Shown piece by piece: positions 13,011 through 26,089 of a stretch of DNA of 64,000 nucleotides; the stretch's first letter is position 1, and every line of letters begins with the position of its first letter. The notes under the pieces were generated by a model. The model searched no databases and had not been told where the DNA came from. It was given only the letters and a program-made list of their open reading frames with translations. The stretch covers positions 16,182,001 through 16,246,000 of the forward strand of contig OX597838.1 of assembly GCA_951406725.2 (NCBI GenBank), read 5' to 3'. This DNA comes from Octopus vulgaris (Eukaryota). The position numbers were made by a program, and so were the translations under genes.

Positions 13011-13244
13011 TATTGGGTTGGTACATAATTATTGTGGCTTTTTTTTTTCAACAAAAACAACAATAGCAACATGTAACAAAAACATCTCTAAATAATTATT
13101 CCGGAGCATATTCACCATCCACTTCGATTACTTCTTCCCATTTACTTGGCAGACGGTCAGACCATCATTTAAAGATGTTTTCGTTAAATATTGTTATTGC
13201 CTTTGTTGAAAAAATGCCACAATAATTATGCACCAACCCCAATA
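13011..13244 (-). mobile_element. Mariner-like internally deleted element
   Basis: TA-flanked ~35-bp TIRs (tattgggttggtacataattattgtggc / gccacaataattatgcaccaaccccaata); interior resembles a transposase C-terminus (LP.KWEEVIEVDGEY) on the minus strand. Confidence 0.8.
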
Positions 13245-13541
13245 CAAGTCAGACCTGGGCGAGCAGATCTATGATCCAAAAGGCATTCCAGCCATGATTA
13301 TATGCTCTGTTTTATCTCAGACTATACCTAGAACTACCATTATCCAATGAGACATTCATTTTTTTTTTTTTATGCTTCTAAGATATTTGACTACTATTTC
13401 TAGCAGATTAAGCAACCACCATCCAGAGGCTCTTTCATTGGCTCAAGTTTCATTTATAAGGAAATAGAAATGACATTCTGTAAGGGTTATATTATTTTCC
13501 AGTGATATTAAGACAGACACAAAATACATACATACAAATCC

Positions 13542-13792
13542 CGTTCGGTGGCATGTAAAAAGCACCATCCGACCGTGGCCGTTTGCCAGCCCTGTCTGGC
13601 ACCTGTGCCGGTGGCACATAAAAAGCACCCACTACACTCATGGAGTGGTTGGCGTTAGGAAGGGAATCCAGCTGTAGAAACATTGCCAGATCAGACTGGA
13701 GCCTGGTGCAGCCTTCTGGCTTCCCAGACCCCAGTTGAACCGTCCAACCCATGCTAGCATGGAAAGCAGACACTAAATGATGATGATGATGA
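13542..13792 (+). mobile_element. SINE/retroposon family C with (ATG)n tail; + copies near 4461, 19913, 27841, 30866, 37111 and 37812; - copies near 1, 1270, 8140, 9415, 33405 and 49863
   Basis: Shared tggttggcgttaggaagggcatccagc...catgctagcatggaaagcggacg then (atg)n; internal tandem subunits ggtggcacgtaaaaagcacc. Confidence 0.85.
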
Positions 13793-14140
13793 AATTCATA
13801 TGCATACAATTACACAGAGATAAGACCCCCTTTGGTCGTGAATGATCATCAGATTGCACCAAGAAAGTTACCCTGCAAGGCACAAGTCCAGGCAAGGTAG
13901 TTTATGGAAGACCATCTTCTCCTCTCCATGCCACCGATGTTATCCAAGGGAAAGGCAAAGGGGCCGATACAGCTTGGCACCAGTGACATCGCAACCCATG
14001 TCTGCAGCTGAGTGAAATGGAGCAACATGGAATAAAGTGTCTTGCTGAAGAACACAACACAGTCTGGTCCAGGAATTGAACTCACTACCTCATGACTGTG
14101 AGCCTGATGTTCTACATACATACATACACACACAACATAT

Positions 14141-14398
14141 ATCTAACTGGGAGGAAACGGCAAAAAACAGACCACTCTGGAAAACCTCCATCCATGAGGG
14201 ATGCAGAGCTGGAGGAGAAAAGACGACGACGGAAGGAGCGCCAACAACAACCACGTGCGACTCTCCCTTCCGGCACTAGATGTCCGCACTGCGACCGATC
14301 TTTTCAAGCAAGAATTGGTCTTGTCGGTCACCTATGGACTCACCAGTAAATTTGCGCGAAGACCATCATCCTCGACCTTGAGGGATTGCCATCATCAT
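14141..14398 (+). mobile_element. RTE-type LINE 3' fragment
   Basis: WEETAKNRPLWKTSIHEG...CPHCDRSFQARIGLVGHLWTH (C2H2-like tail), then a catcatcat tail. Confidence 0.75.
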
Positions 14399-14669
14399 AT
14401 ATCCATGAGATGTTTCATCAAACAAGTATATATACCCATATTTATGAGGTAGATAAGAGTATATTTGACTAGGTTTCTACATTTCAAGTTTTCTTCAAAC
14501 AAGATTTTAAAAAAGTGACAGACACACAGACACTCATCATCAAGGATAAACCTAATCAATACATTGCCAAAAGTGTTTAACGAGTGTGATCTAGCATACA
14601 AGAGAAAGACAACTATGTTTAAATACTGACTCACAGGCAGAAACACACACACACACACACAAACACACA

Positions 14670-14716
<47 letters not shown>

Positions 14717-14861
14717 ATACAAGCATGCACATATGCATGTATGTATATTTATGTTTGTATGTAGGTGATGTGTGCACATGCATTCAGCTACCTGCAGGAA
14801 ATGGAGTCAACAAAAGACACCATCTGAAGTGCAAGAGTAAGATAACAAACAAGATATATGC

Positions 14862-14899
<38 letters not shown>

Positions 14900-15139
14900 T
14901 CCCTCTCGCACTCACACACATATGTATATACACATACACACTCATGCACACACACATACTCATACGAAGAAGAATGTTTATAAATAGTATATAGAAACAA
15001 TACACAAGAGATAATTTTACATGCTAAAACTAAAATAAATATACATGTATGGAAGTATTTATATACATACATATGTATGTATATATGCACACACACATAT
15101 ATATATATATGCACACACATATATATATATATATATATG

Positions 15140-15175
<36 letters not shown>

Positions 15176-15335
15176 CACATACTCACATACACACACACAT
15201 TCTCAAATATGCACATAAACACATACATAAAAGAGTATGTACAGCCAGGCACACACATTCACACAACTTTGCACATGACTCTATACCCAAGTTTCAATAC
15301 AAATAAAAACTCACTGATGCAATTAGCAAGTCATC

Positions 15336-15382
<47 letters not shown>

Positions 15383-16080
15383 GATTAGATTCATGTGGGC
15401 TGATCTATCATTACCATCAGTAGTGAAAGGAATCAATACATCCATGGAGAGATATCAGTGAACGGAGACAAAAGACAGAAGCAAATACTTCTTATTCCAT
15501 TCTTTGAGAGAAAAGAGAATAAAGAAGCAAAGATAATGCTTTTTCTTCCTTTTCCCTTTTCTCAAATGTCAGCCAAGGATGATTGTATGAGCAAAGAGCA
15601 ATTTACTTGACTGTCTTCCTCTTAGTATGAACATACTTACAACAAGAGAATAATGATAGAATAAATCTACAAGCAAGCTGAGCCAGCAATGCAGGGATGA
15701 TTCAGGATGGAGTCAGTTCATTTCACTGAAGCTTCATATACTATTTTACTCTTTTACTTGTTTCAGTGATTTGACTGTGGCCATGCTGGAGCACCGCCTT
15801 TAGTCGAGGAAATCGACCCCAGGACTCATTTCTTTGTAAGCCTTAGTACTTATTCTATCGGTCTCTTTTTCCAACCGAACCGCTAAGTTACAGGGACGTA
15901 AAAACACCAGCATCGGTGTCAAGCGATGTTGGTAGGGGACAAACACAGACACACAAACATATACACATACACACATATATATATATATATATATTATTTA
16001 TATTTTTTAATTAATTTTTTTCTATGTATTGGCTTATGATTTTCACTGTTTGATTTGCCTAATAGTGGTTCTATCTCTAA

Positions 16081-16134
<54 letters not shown>

Positions 16135-17020
16135 GATGGGCTTCTTTCAGTTTCTGTCTATCAAATCCACTCACAAGGCTTTGGTCGGCCCCAAGGCTAT
16201 AATAGAAGACACTTGCCCAAGGTGCCACACAGTGGTACTGAACATGGAAACCATGTGGTTCGTAAGCGAGCTACTTACCACACAGCCACTCCTACACCTA
16301 TATATATATATATATATATAAGAGAAGCAAGAGAGAGAGAGATTCAAGTAAACTGGTAGTACTTGTAAAAAAAAAAAAGCTTCTTAATGTATCATTTTAC
16401 AAAACATAGAATATATAGAATGATACAAGAGAAAACACTACGTTGAGAATTCGGGGTTTAACAAAAGCTTCCTTTCACCTGAAGGACGTAGGTAAAATTC
16501 AGCATTATTTTGAAGGATTTTTTGCATTTTGCATTAATGCTGGCATGCAAGTGATTTATTTATTATTAAATATAATAATATAAATTATTTACATGTTTTT
16601 AAGTTACAAAACAATTTGTCATGATGTTAGAATTTTCTTATTGTTAAATAAAATTTCATCAAATTATTTCTGTCATTTATGACTTTATATATATATATAT
16701 ATGCGTGTAAGTGTGTGTGTGTGTGTATGTGGAGACGCGTGGCTTAGTGGTTAGGGTATCAGCATCATGATCGTAAGATTGTGGTTTCGATTCCTGGACT
16801 GGGTGACGCGTTGTATTCTTGAGCAAAAAAAGAACTTCATTTTGCATTGCTCCAGTCCACTCAGCTGGCAAAAATGAGTAACGCTGTGATGAACTGGCGT
16901 TCCGTCCAACTGGGGAACACATACGCCATAGAAACCAGGAAACCGGGCCCATGAACCTGGCTAGGCTTTAAAAGGGCACATTTATTTATTATTTTATATA
17001 TATGTATATATATATATATA

Positions 17021-17177
17021 CTTTATTTAAAGCAGCAGAAAATTCAGCAAAACCTGTTACTCTGAGTTTCCGTTCCCATTCGTCGGACAGTTTTTTCTAG
17101 CAAATACTGTCCGACGAACGGGAACGTGAAACTCAGAGTAACAGGTTTTGTTGAATTTTCTGCTGCTTTAAATAAAG
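17021..17177. repeat. Long palindrome (~70-bp arms) carrying a hammerhead-like motif in each arm
   Basis: ctttatttaaagcagcagaaaattc... pairs with ...gaattttctgctgctttaaataaag; 17107-17144 reads ctgt-CCGACGA-acg ggaa cgt-GAAAC-tcaga-GTA-acag. Confidence 0.85.
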
Positions 17178-19163
17178 CATATTACTCTACCACTGGTATT
17201 TGAGTACTCTTTTTCCACCTTGTTTCACATTTATGTGTTTACTCAGGTATATATATATATATATATATATATAATGCAAGAGGACTAATATAAGAGCCAT
17301 CTTTTTAAATTTTCTATATGGAGCATTGGGTACGTTAAAAGTCATCATTGTCATCCAGTCAGGCAACTTGCCCAGACCCCAGACCAGTAGATTATATTGG
17401 TCTTTTGATGGCTGAAATAATTCATCTGCACATACAACAACTACAGATGATAGCAGTAGTTCAGTAACTGAACTGGTTAATCCTGGATTTTGACTGTTCA
17501 TCTACTCAGCATCTAGTGATATTCATTACTGACTCAGTAAGTTCATCTGCTGAACCAATTCACATCCTATTTCTTTACTAACCACAAGGGGCTAAACACA
17601 GAGGGGACAAACAAGGACAGACAAACAGATTAAGTCGATTACATCGACCCCAGTGCGTAACTGGTACTTATTTAATCGACCCTGAAAGGATGAAAGGCAA
17701 AGTTGACCTCGGCGAATTTGAACTCAGAACGTAACGGCAGACGAAATACGGCTACGCATTTCACCCGGCATGCTTACGTTTCTGCCAGCTAATTCATATC
17801 CACCATGCTGCATCCTATTATTATTTCAATGTAGCCCTACCTTGGGTGCTGTGACTTTAAACTGCATCCTGTAGTGGGGGTGGGGGCTAGTTTGAAAGTC
17901 CCAGGCTTTTGAGGAGTATGAAATCTCCCACTCTTGCTCCTAGATCTACTCTGACCTACAGTAGTTGCAGCTGTCAGGGGCCTAGTTATGGATTAATTAG
18001 CATGCAAATAGAGGTAGGTTGTCAATGGAAATGAACAGCTGCCCTGGATCAAACCACAGGTGCTCCCTCAGCAAGGCCTAGCATTTTGTAACCACCCAAG
18101 CCAAGGTTACATTGAAATCATAAGATGCAACAAGGTGGATGTGAACTGTCTCAGCAGGTGAACATTAGAAGTAGTTAACATAATAAGCTCCTGTATATAG
18201 GTCAGTGTGCACAACTATAATTAGTAGTAGTAACGAAGATTAACATCAATTAATTTAGGTAATCAGATGAGAAGTGATGTCAAGAGCTTCTATGTGGCCT
18301 CTCATCATGCTAGAAGTAATAACAGCAAAATCTCCATCAAATCATGTTACTGTCTGAAAGGAAGGATACTTTTGATAGCACAGTCCTTGATACTCTATAC
18401 CTGAAAATAAGACACAGTGGCCGTGGTTGGAATGCCTTTGATCATAGGTTTGCTGAATCAGAGCTGGTTTGGGATTAAACAACAACAACAACATCTAATT
18501 TTATAAACAGAAGAGAAATCCTGTTGGTGTACCGTGAGATGTAGAGACTAAAATTTTGAGGGTTAAAACCCTTCTCATGTGCGCAGTTTGTTTCTTCCTT
18601 ACCCAGTCTATGACTATCTGATGTATAACTTAGACACTTATCAGAAAAGTGAAACCATCATGTTATCTTGCAGCCTGCTGGAGCCCACATTGAGTCACTA
18701 TATGAAGAAATTTGTGTTCATGTAGTAATTCAAGAGAAGTCACAATATGTTGATGTACATGCCCCATTGTTTTCTTCAAGGACCGTAACAGAATTTGAAC
18801 CTGGTACTGAAAGCTAAAGAAATATCTCATGCATAATACAGTGCCCCACTCCCCCAGTAGCTCACAGCTATATTAAATAATTCTCCAAGGAATTTTTTCA
18901 CAACATATGATAGGCCCTTGAAAGTCAAGAATTTTAGCAAGGGATATAATGCTGTTTGTCCTCAAAACAGAATGTAAACTGCTTTCCTTTCAGTAAGTAA
19001 GCTGTAAGTCAACTGTCTTGCTTAGATATAACTCAAGATTAGGTGATCTCTCATAACAAAACACTAAATCCTGTGACTAGAAGGAGAACTTTGCAGCAAT
19101 GTTAAAACACTAGGTCACACAACTAAAAACAGATCAGTGCCCACAGTGGCCATTTCAGGCATC

Positions 19164-19858
19164 TGGTCAGAGGAGAAAGAGTTACACTCATCACCTTTAT
19201 CAAGACTTCCATCACTGGCTGGAGAAAGGTAGAAATTTATTCTCATAAATGTTTGCAACATATTGTATTCTCTAACGTGGAGAGAAGAATCCAGGCATTT
19301 GAGCACAAGTGCTTCAGAAGGCTATTATACATTTGTCCCCTGGTCAGAGGAGAAAGAGTTACACTCATCACCTTTATTGGCTGGAGAAAGGTAGAAATTT
19401 ATTCTCATTAAATGTTTGCAACATATTGTATTCTCTAACGTGGAGTGAAGAATCCAGGCATTTGAGCACAAATGCTTCAGAAGGCTATTCTACATCCTGT
19501 ATACAGAGCACAAAATGAACAGCTTTGTCATGGAGCAAGTCAACAAATACACTGCCAGACAGGAACCACTCTTTGTGCAGGAAAAAAGACAAGAGCTAGC
19601 CTGGTATGGTCATGTTTCCTGCCTCAAATCTGTCCAAAAGCATTCTTCAGGGGACAAATGAAGGAGGGTGGAAGAGATGCAGAGAAAATCCTGAATGGGC
19701 ATCATCAAGGACTGGACAAGCCACAACACAGCAAACTTGCTATGTATAACAGAGAACAGAGACCAATGGCAACAGCTGACTGTGAAAGCATCTAGAGTGG
19801 TATCCCAATGACTGGCTGCATCAGTTAAGGGATTTTGATGATGATGATGATGATGATG
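19164..19858 (+). mobile_element. Degenerate RTE-type LINE 3' fragment with an internal ~160-bp tandem duplication
   Basis: 19164-19331 is repeated at 19341-19495; RIQAFEHKCFRRL-like peptide; (atg)n tail. Confidence 0.65.
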
Positions 19859-21879
19859 TATTCTCTGCAAAAGTCCCCTTAGGTCAGGTGATCACATAAA
19901 ACTAATTTGTCTTGGTACGTAAAAAACACCCACTACACTCACGGAGTGGTTGGCGTTAGGAAGGGCATCCAGCTGTAGAAACACTGCCAGATCAGACTGG
20001 AGCTTGGTGCAGCCTTCTGGCTTCCCAGACCCCAGTTGAACCGTCCAACCCATGCTAGCATGGAAAGCGGACGCTAAACGATGATGATGAATAGGAAGAT
20101 TAAACCTACAACCCAATCTACCCACATTGCAACTACAAAGAGATGTGGGGAAGGCTGTGAGCTTGTACTTATAAACACAGATGAATTCAATGTGGCACAG
20201 AGACAGCAGAACAAAAATTGGTAACTGAAAGGAAAAAAAAACTAGGTTTTCTAGTTTAAATCCCATACATTTTTCTTTGCTTTTTAACTATCAAGGGCCA
20301 TTAATCCTTTTCTTGCCATATTTCTAATTAAATATACTGCCTTTGTTTCAATTAATTTCAAAAATAATTAAAAATTTAGTAAACTAACTTTATTAAGCTG
20401 GTCTTTGGAACATAAATCAATATGAAATTTTAATTGGTTTTAATTTAGACCACTTTAAAACACAAAATTTATATCATAGAACTAAGAGTTGGTATGAAAA
20501 GTTGGTATCAAAAATATGTGACTGATCAATTAAGAGAGGAGATGAAACAACTCAAATCTTGGTCATTGAATCTCAACGGCTAAAGTTTCAATTTTGCAAG
20601 AGCTGAATCCTATGTCAACCCCAATTAAAATTCAATAGTTTAGGCCTTGTAGGCAGTCGGCAAATGTCCAAGTATTTATTGGCTCTAAAGAAAATCCAGA
20701 TTTTCTCGTACAATTTTACCAATGTTAAGAATATGAGATTTGCTAGAATGGAAATGATGTAGAATCTTTACATAAAAAACTGATTCATGAAAAGCAGGAA
20801 CTATTATTTGATTTTCTTCCCTACAAAGAGATCTAAATGTGCTGCTTTCACCATCAGTTGGTATTAACAACCAGATTTATTCCAATCTGCATTGTCTATA
20901 TCATCCAAAAATTTCAATCATCTGATCCTATTGGAATTATTTCCCTTGTTTGAAGCATTTATTATTATTATTTTTTTAGAGTTTAACATGTTTGTTACTG
21001 TATTTCTGTTAAATTACACTACCATTGTTTCAATTAATTTTTAAAATAATGAAAAATTTAGTAAAATAATTTTGCCATTATTAACCTTGTGTATGAAACA
21101 TAAAATTAGCATAAAATTTTGATGGACAGTTTTAACTTAGGTCACTTTAAAACAAAGTTCTTGATGTAGAATGAGAGACAGTCTCAGGCAAGTCAGTATC
21201 AAAAGCATTAAACACTCTTACAGGAAGATTTTGTTTGTTAATTGCCAGAAAATCCTCAACTAATTGAAAGTTCTCCAATCCACTATTTATACATGCAAGA
21301 TCCTACTATATAAGTATGTATATATATAGATATACACATACTTATGTACTAAAGATAAACTACATATATATATATATGTATATATTATATATTTTTTTTT
21401 TTCTCAGGAACTATTAGACCTGACACCGTGTATTAGCTGGTGTTTTCAAAGCTTTGTTCTCTGACTTTATTATCATCTTATAATCATCTCATAATAATGA
21501 CTTTTATGACTCGTATTACTACCTCAGTCAATCTAAATGTATATATTTGTTGTTACCTGTCATAAAAAGCCTTTTTTTATTTACAATGTGCATTTTCGTT
21601 GATTTTTCAATATGGAAAGACGAGAAATCAAAATGTATTGTATGATAATCTATATACACAGATAAAATGATAAACAAGGGGGCACACTAACCAGCACATA
21701 TTATCCAGGTATATAGAATTTTCATCAAAACTTGGGAGTTACTGTCAATCATTTTATATTTCATTTGGATTTAGCATATCTCTCTACATATATTAATACA
21801 TACACAAACATACACGCACATTTATACGTGTGTACATGCATTTTTGTACCTTCATGTACACCCCATAAATGCATATGCT

Positions 21880-21915
<36 letters not shown>

Positions 21916-21917
<2 letters not shown>

Positions 21918-22228
21918 TTAAAGGACTGACCACTAAAAGTGGACAGTCAATATGCTAGATATAGACGTCAAAATCGCTATTTTCCACGAAGAATGGGTTC
22001 TTGAGGAAAAACTCAGCAAAAAACCAAAGTGTAAAAATAAGCAAGACAAATGAAAATATACGAAATAAAAATACGAAATACGAAATATTTTCATTTGTCT
22101 TGTATATTTTTACACTTTGGTTTTTTGCTGAGTTTTTTCTTGAGAACACATTCTTCGTGGAAAATAGCGATTTTGATGTCTATATCTAGCATATTGACTG
22201 TCCACTTTTAGTGGTCAGTCCTTTAAAT
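21916..22228. repeat. Long near-perfect palindrome (~140-bp arms, ~25-nt spacer)
   Basis: atttaaaggactgaccactaaaagtggacagtc... and its reverse complement ...gactgtccacttttagtggtcagtcctttaaat; the ORF track gives mirror-image peptides on the two strands. Confidence 0.95.
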
Positions 22229-22547
22229 TTAGTATGTAAAAAATATTTTTAATCTTCGGATTTTTTTTAAATATGCTAGGCCACTGGTTTTAATTGATTA
22301 ATATCAATTTCTACCCTTATTCAATTTTAAATTTTATATATATATATATGTATATATAAACATGTTAATACACATATCTGAAAAGATATGGTTTCGGGTT
22401 CAGTCCTACTGCGTGGCACTTTGGGTAGGTGTCTTCCACTATAGCCCCGAGCCGACCGAAGCTTTGTGATTGAATTCGGCAGGCGGAAAGTTACCGCCGT
22501 GTGTGTATAAGTGCGTGTAGGTGCTTGTGCCTCTCCGAAAGAGAGAG

Positions 22548-22603
<56 letters not shown>

Positions 22604-23307
22604 CAAATTTATGTACACATATGCATGAATAAATATGTAACCATATATTTTTATACGTCTGTTTAAATTATTCATTCATCCCAGGTGCAACAGGTGAAGC
22701 GCTTTTAGAAATGACATTTTCATTAGTGTTCAGGTATTTTTCCTATATTAACAAGCAGAACATGTGATTCTTCTTCTTTAGTTCTCTTCCTGAAGTTAGA
22801 GCTCTCCAAACAGCTAAACTGTCCCAGGAAAGGGCTTATATCATCCAAGAAATCACCCAGAATGTCCAAGGAGGCATCGTAATTTCGTAATTAGGTAAAA
22901 AATTATTCTTTGAGTCAGAGTGGAAATATAGGTATATATATATATTTTTTTTTAGTATTATCATTGTTATAGGCCAGCAAAAACAAACAAAGAATAAAAG
23001 TAAAATGAAAAAGAAAGGAAAATATTCCTGCTAGACCCCTTCCCCCATAACAAGAACAATAACAACAGTTAAACACTGAGTTAGGACATTATAAACATAC
23101 TAGGAAATAAAGCCTCTATCGTGTGGTCTGGGTAAAAGAAAAAAAAAAGTTTCAAATAATAACGGTAATAATAAAAAAAAAATGGAAGGAAGCTCAAAAC
23201 CAGGTTCAAAAAATAACTGCTACAACATCACTACACCAAAGGAGCACATGGAAACCACAGCAAAAATATGGAGACAAACAAAAATGTATAAAAGAAGTCG
23301 ACAAAGA

Positions 23308-23549
23308 TGTGTGTGTATATATACACATATATACATATATATGTATATATATGTATATATATGTATATATATATGTGTATATATATATGTATATATATAT
23401 GTGTATATATATGTGTATATATATATGTATATATATATGTATATATATATGTGTATATATATATGTATATATATATATGTATATATATATGTGTATATAT
23501 ATGTGTATATATATATGTATATATATATGTGTATATATATGTGTATATA

Positions 23550-23580
<31 letters not shown>

Positions 23581-23581
23581 G
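23308..23581. repeat. Compound (TA)/(TG) microsatellite, representative of dozens of (TA)n, (CA)n, (GA)n, (GACA)n and (ATT)n tracts
   Basis: Directly visible in the sequence. Confidence 0.95.
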
Positions 23582-23953
23582 AATGTTTTACTTGAGGAGA
23601 AAGGAATAGGGGAAAAGCTGAAAAACAAAGCATTAATAAACGTGAACATAAAAACATATTGAAAGAAGCAAGCGTATGTATCTATGTATGTATGTATGTG
23701 TATATATGTATATATATGGAGAGAGAGAGAGAGAGATTGCCTCAAATAAAAAGTGAACAGTGAAGAGAAAGAAAAAAACAAAAGAAAAAAAAAAAATCAA
23801 AGGTGAGCTTTTGATGTTCTTAAATCCAAACTGAAACCAATGATTGTATTTCATTTGAAAGTGAAGAAAAAAAAGCAGTTTCAGTGCAGTGTCAGATGTG
23901 CTGGGGTGGGGTGGAATGGAATGGTTAGCAGTAGAGGGCTGTTGATTGGCTTA

Positions 23954-24759
23954 TCTATATATATAAAAGTGAGGTTGTGTGGTGTCTGTCTCCTACGATT
24001 TAGATTCCTAACTACTCCCACATTTTGCGGTGCAGTTTAACCAAAACCGGGTATCTTATAGTCGTGATTCATATCGAGCCCTTCTGGGTATTAGTGCGTG
24101 TCTACGATGAGTCTACGATTTAAAAAAAAATTTACCATCATTTTTTTCCATTTTAATGCATTTTTTTTCGCTATTATATAAGGAAAGTAACTCTCTGAAA
24201 ATGTCTACGATAAGTCAACGATTTTTTAAAAAATTTACCATCACTTTTTTTTTCCATTTTTAATGCATTTTTTTGCTATTTTTTGGCTATAATTCTCTAA
24301 AAATGCTTATATAGTTATTTCCCTTACAAACCCAAGCAACGCCGGGCGATACTGCTAGTCTATATATATAAAAGTGAGGTTGTGTGGTGTCTGTCTCCTA
24401 CGAATTAGATTCCTAACTACTCCCACATTTTGCGGTGCAGTGTAACCAAAAGCGGGTATCTTATAGTCGTGATTCATATCGAGCCCTTCTGGGTATTAGC
24501 GCGCGTCTACGATGAGTCTACGATTTTAAAAATAAATTTACCATAATTTTTTCCCATTTTTAATGCATTTTTTTGCTATTATATAACAGAAGTAACTCTC
24601 TAAAAACGTATTATTAAATCTCAGAATGTAAAAAGCTACAGTAACCCCCCCCCCTTTGTGGTTAGCCATATTGAGATGGCTATTATACTTTACATCTCTA
24701 AAAATGCTTATATAGTTATTTCCCTTACAAACCTGAGCAACGCCGGGCGATACTGCTAG
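23954..24759 (+). mobile_element. Two head-to-tail non-autonomous Helitron-type elements (23954-24358 and 24359-24759)
   Basis: Each starts TC and ends CTAG with a subterminal GC hairpin (ccc.agcaacgccggg); the array sits between A23953 and T24760 with no TSD. Confidence 0.85.
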
Positions 24760-25214
24760 TAATGATTAAAAAGAAAGATCTTAAGGGTCAACTAGTAGGA
24801 GCATGTCACAAATGAAGAGATTCTGAGAAGTGTGAAGTCATGACCATTGCAAAGAGAATGCAGATTCCACCTGGCTGGCCACATTTTTTGTATAGTCAAT
24901 CAACGGCACTTAAAAACAGCCATGGCTTGAGTACCACCAATCAGCAGGCCAAAGGTCACTTGGCAGCAGGCATTTCAAAATGACTTGAAGATGGTTAATA
25001 TTACAAGGAACAGACAAGAGTAGCAGCCAACTGAACCCAGTGGAGAAAGCTCGCTGCCCAATGCAGTGAGCAGTGCAAGAGGACCTAGAGCTAAATCCTC
25101 ATCGTCGTTTAACATTCATTTTCCATGCTATGGGTTGGATAGCTAGCAGGAGCTGGCAAGGCCAGAGGCTGCACCATGTTCCAGAGTTTGTTTTTTGGCC
25201 TGGTTTATATTGTT

Positions 25215-25463
25215 TTATATTGGCATATTTTGGTCATATTATGAGGAGAAAATCCATGGAGAAGGACATCATGCTTGGAATGGTCAGTGGCAAGAGAGGA
25301 AGAGGCCGACCAAGAACCCACTGGCTTGACACCATCAAGAGAGATACCGGAAGGACATAGCCAGCCAGTCTGAAAGAAGCGGCCCAGGATAGAACTAACT
25401 GGAGGACACTAATCCATGGAGTAACCGAGAGTCAACTTCGACTGAGCGGATAGATAGATAGAT
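25215..25463 (+). mobile_element. RTE-type LINE 3' fragment inserted into a family C element
   Basis: LAYFGHIMRRKSMEKDIMLGMVSGKRGRGRPRTHWLDTIKRDTG; (gata)n tail. Confidence 0.8.
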
Positions 25464-26089
25464 ATTGTATTTGGCTTGGTTTATACAGCTGGATACCCTT
25501 CTTAAAGCCAACCACTTTACAAAGTGTAGTGAGGGGTTTTTCACATGTCACTATCATCAGTGCTTTTTACATGTCACTAACACCAGTGCTTTTAAAATGA
25601 CACCAACACCAATGCTAAGTAAGCAGTGTTATTATAATAGTATTTATCACATCTTTTGAATACCATTGAAAGAAGTCAATTTATAAATTAACAGTAACAC
25701 ATGTAGATGCACAGCAGGTCGGGAATTATTTTCACCATATTCCATCACAGAAACTTAGAAGTATTCAAGTACTTTCTAATGATAAGGTTGTCTTTCTACC
25801 TTGTATTTCTATTTATTAATTTATTTTTACAAACATGAAATACAGTTTGTGTCCAAAATCACCAAACTTATAAATTTTTCTTGCTAGGTGAGGACTTTAC
25901 AAGAGAACACAGTTGAAATCAATGTTTGGTTTCAGTGAAGAATAAATTTTAAAATAATCTGGAAGCTGTAGGGAATGAGTGAGTAAATGAATTAACGAAT
26001 GCATAACCAAATAAATGTCAAAAAATACAATAAAGTTACCGGTGATTATAAAATATGTAGGCAAACAGTTAGACAACATGTTTACAAAA

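Noticed and set aside
20685-20870. Possible LTR-retrotransposon integrase zinc-finger remnant (IIVP...ILHHFH..SH)
   Set aside because: Similarity is too weak to support by eye and the flanks contain stops; needs an HMM search
23123-23781. Long Tyr/Ile-rich ORFs on both strands
   Set aside because: Translation of a (TA)/(TG) microsatellite
25897-25966. Acceptor-like site (ccctacag) as the next kinesin exon
   Set aside because: The required phase hits a stop after about 11 codons and shows no KIF1 similarity
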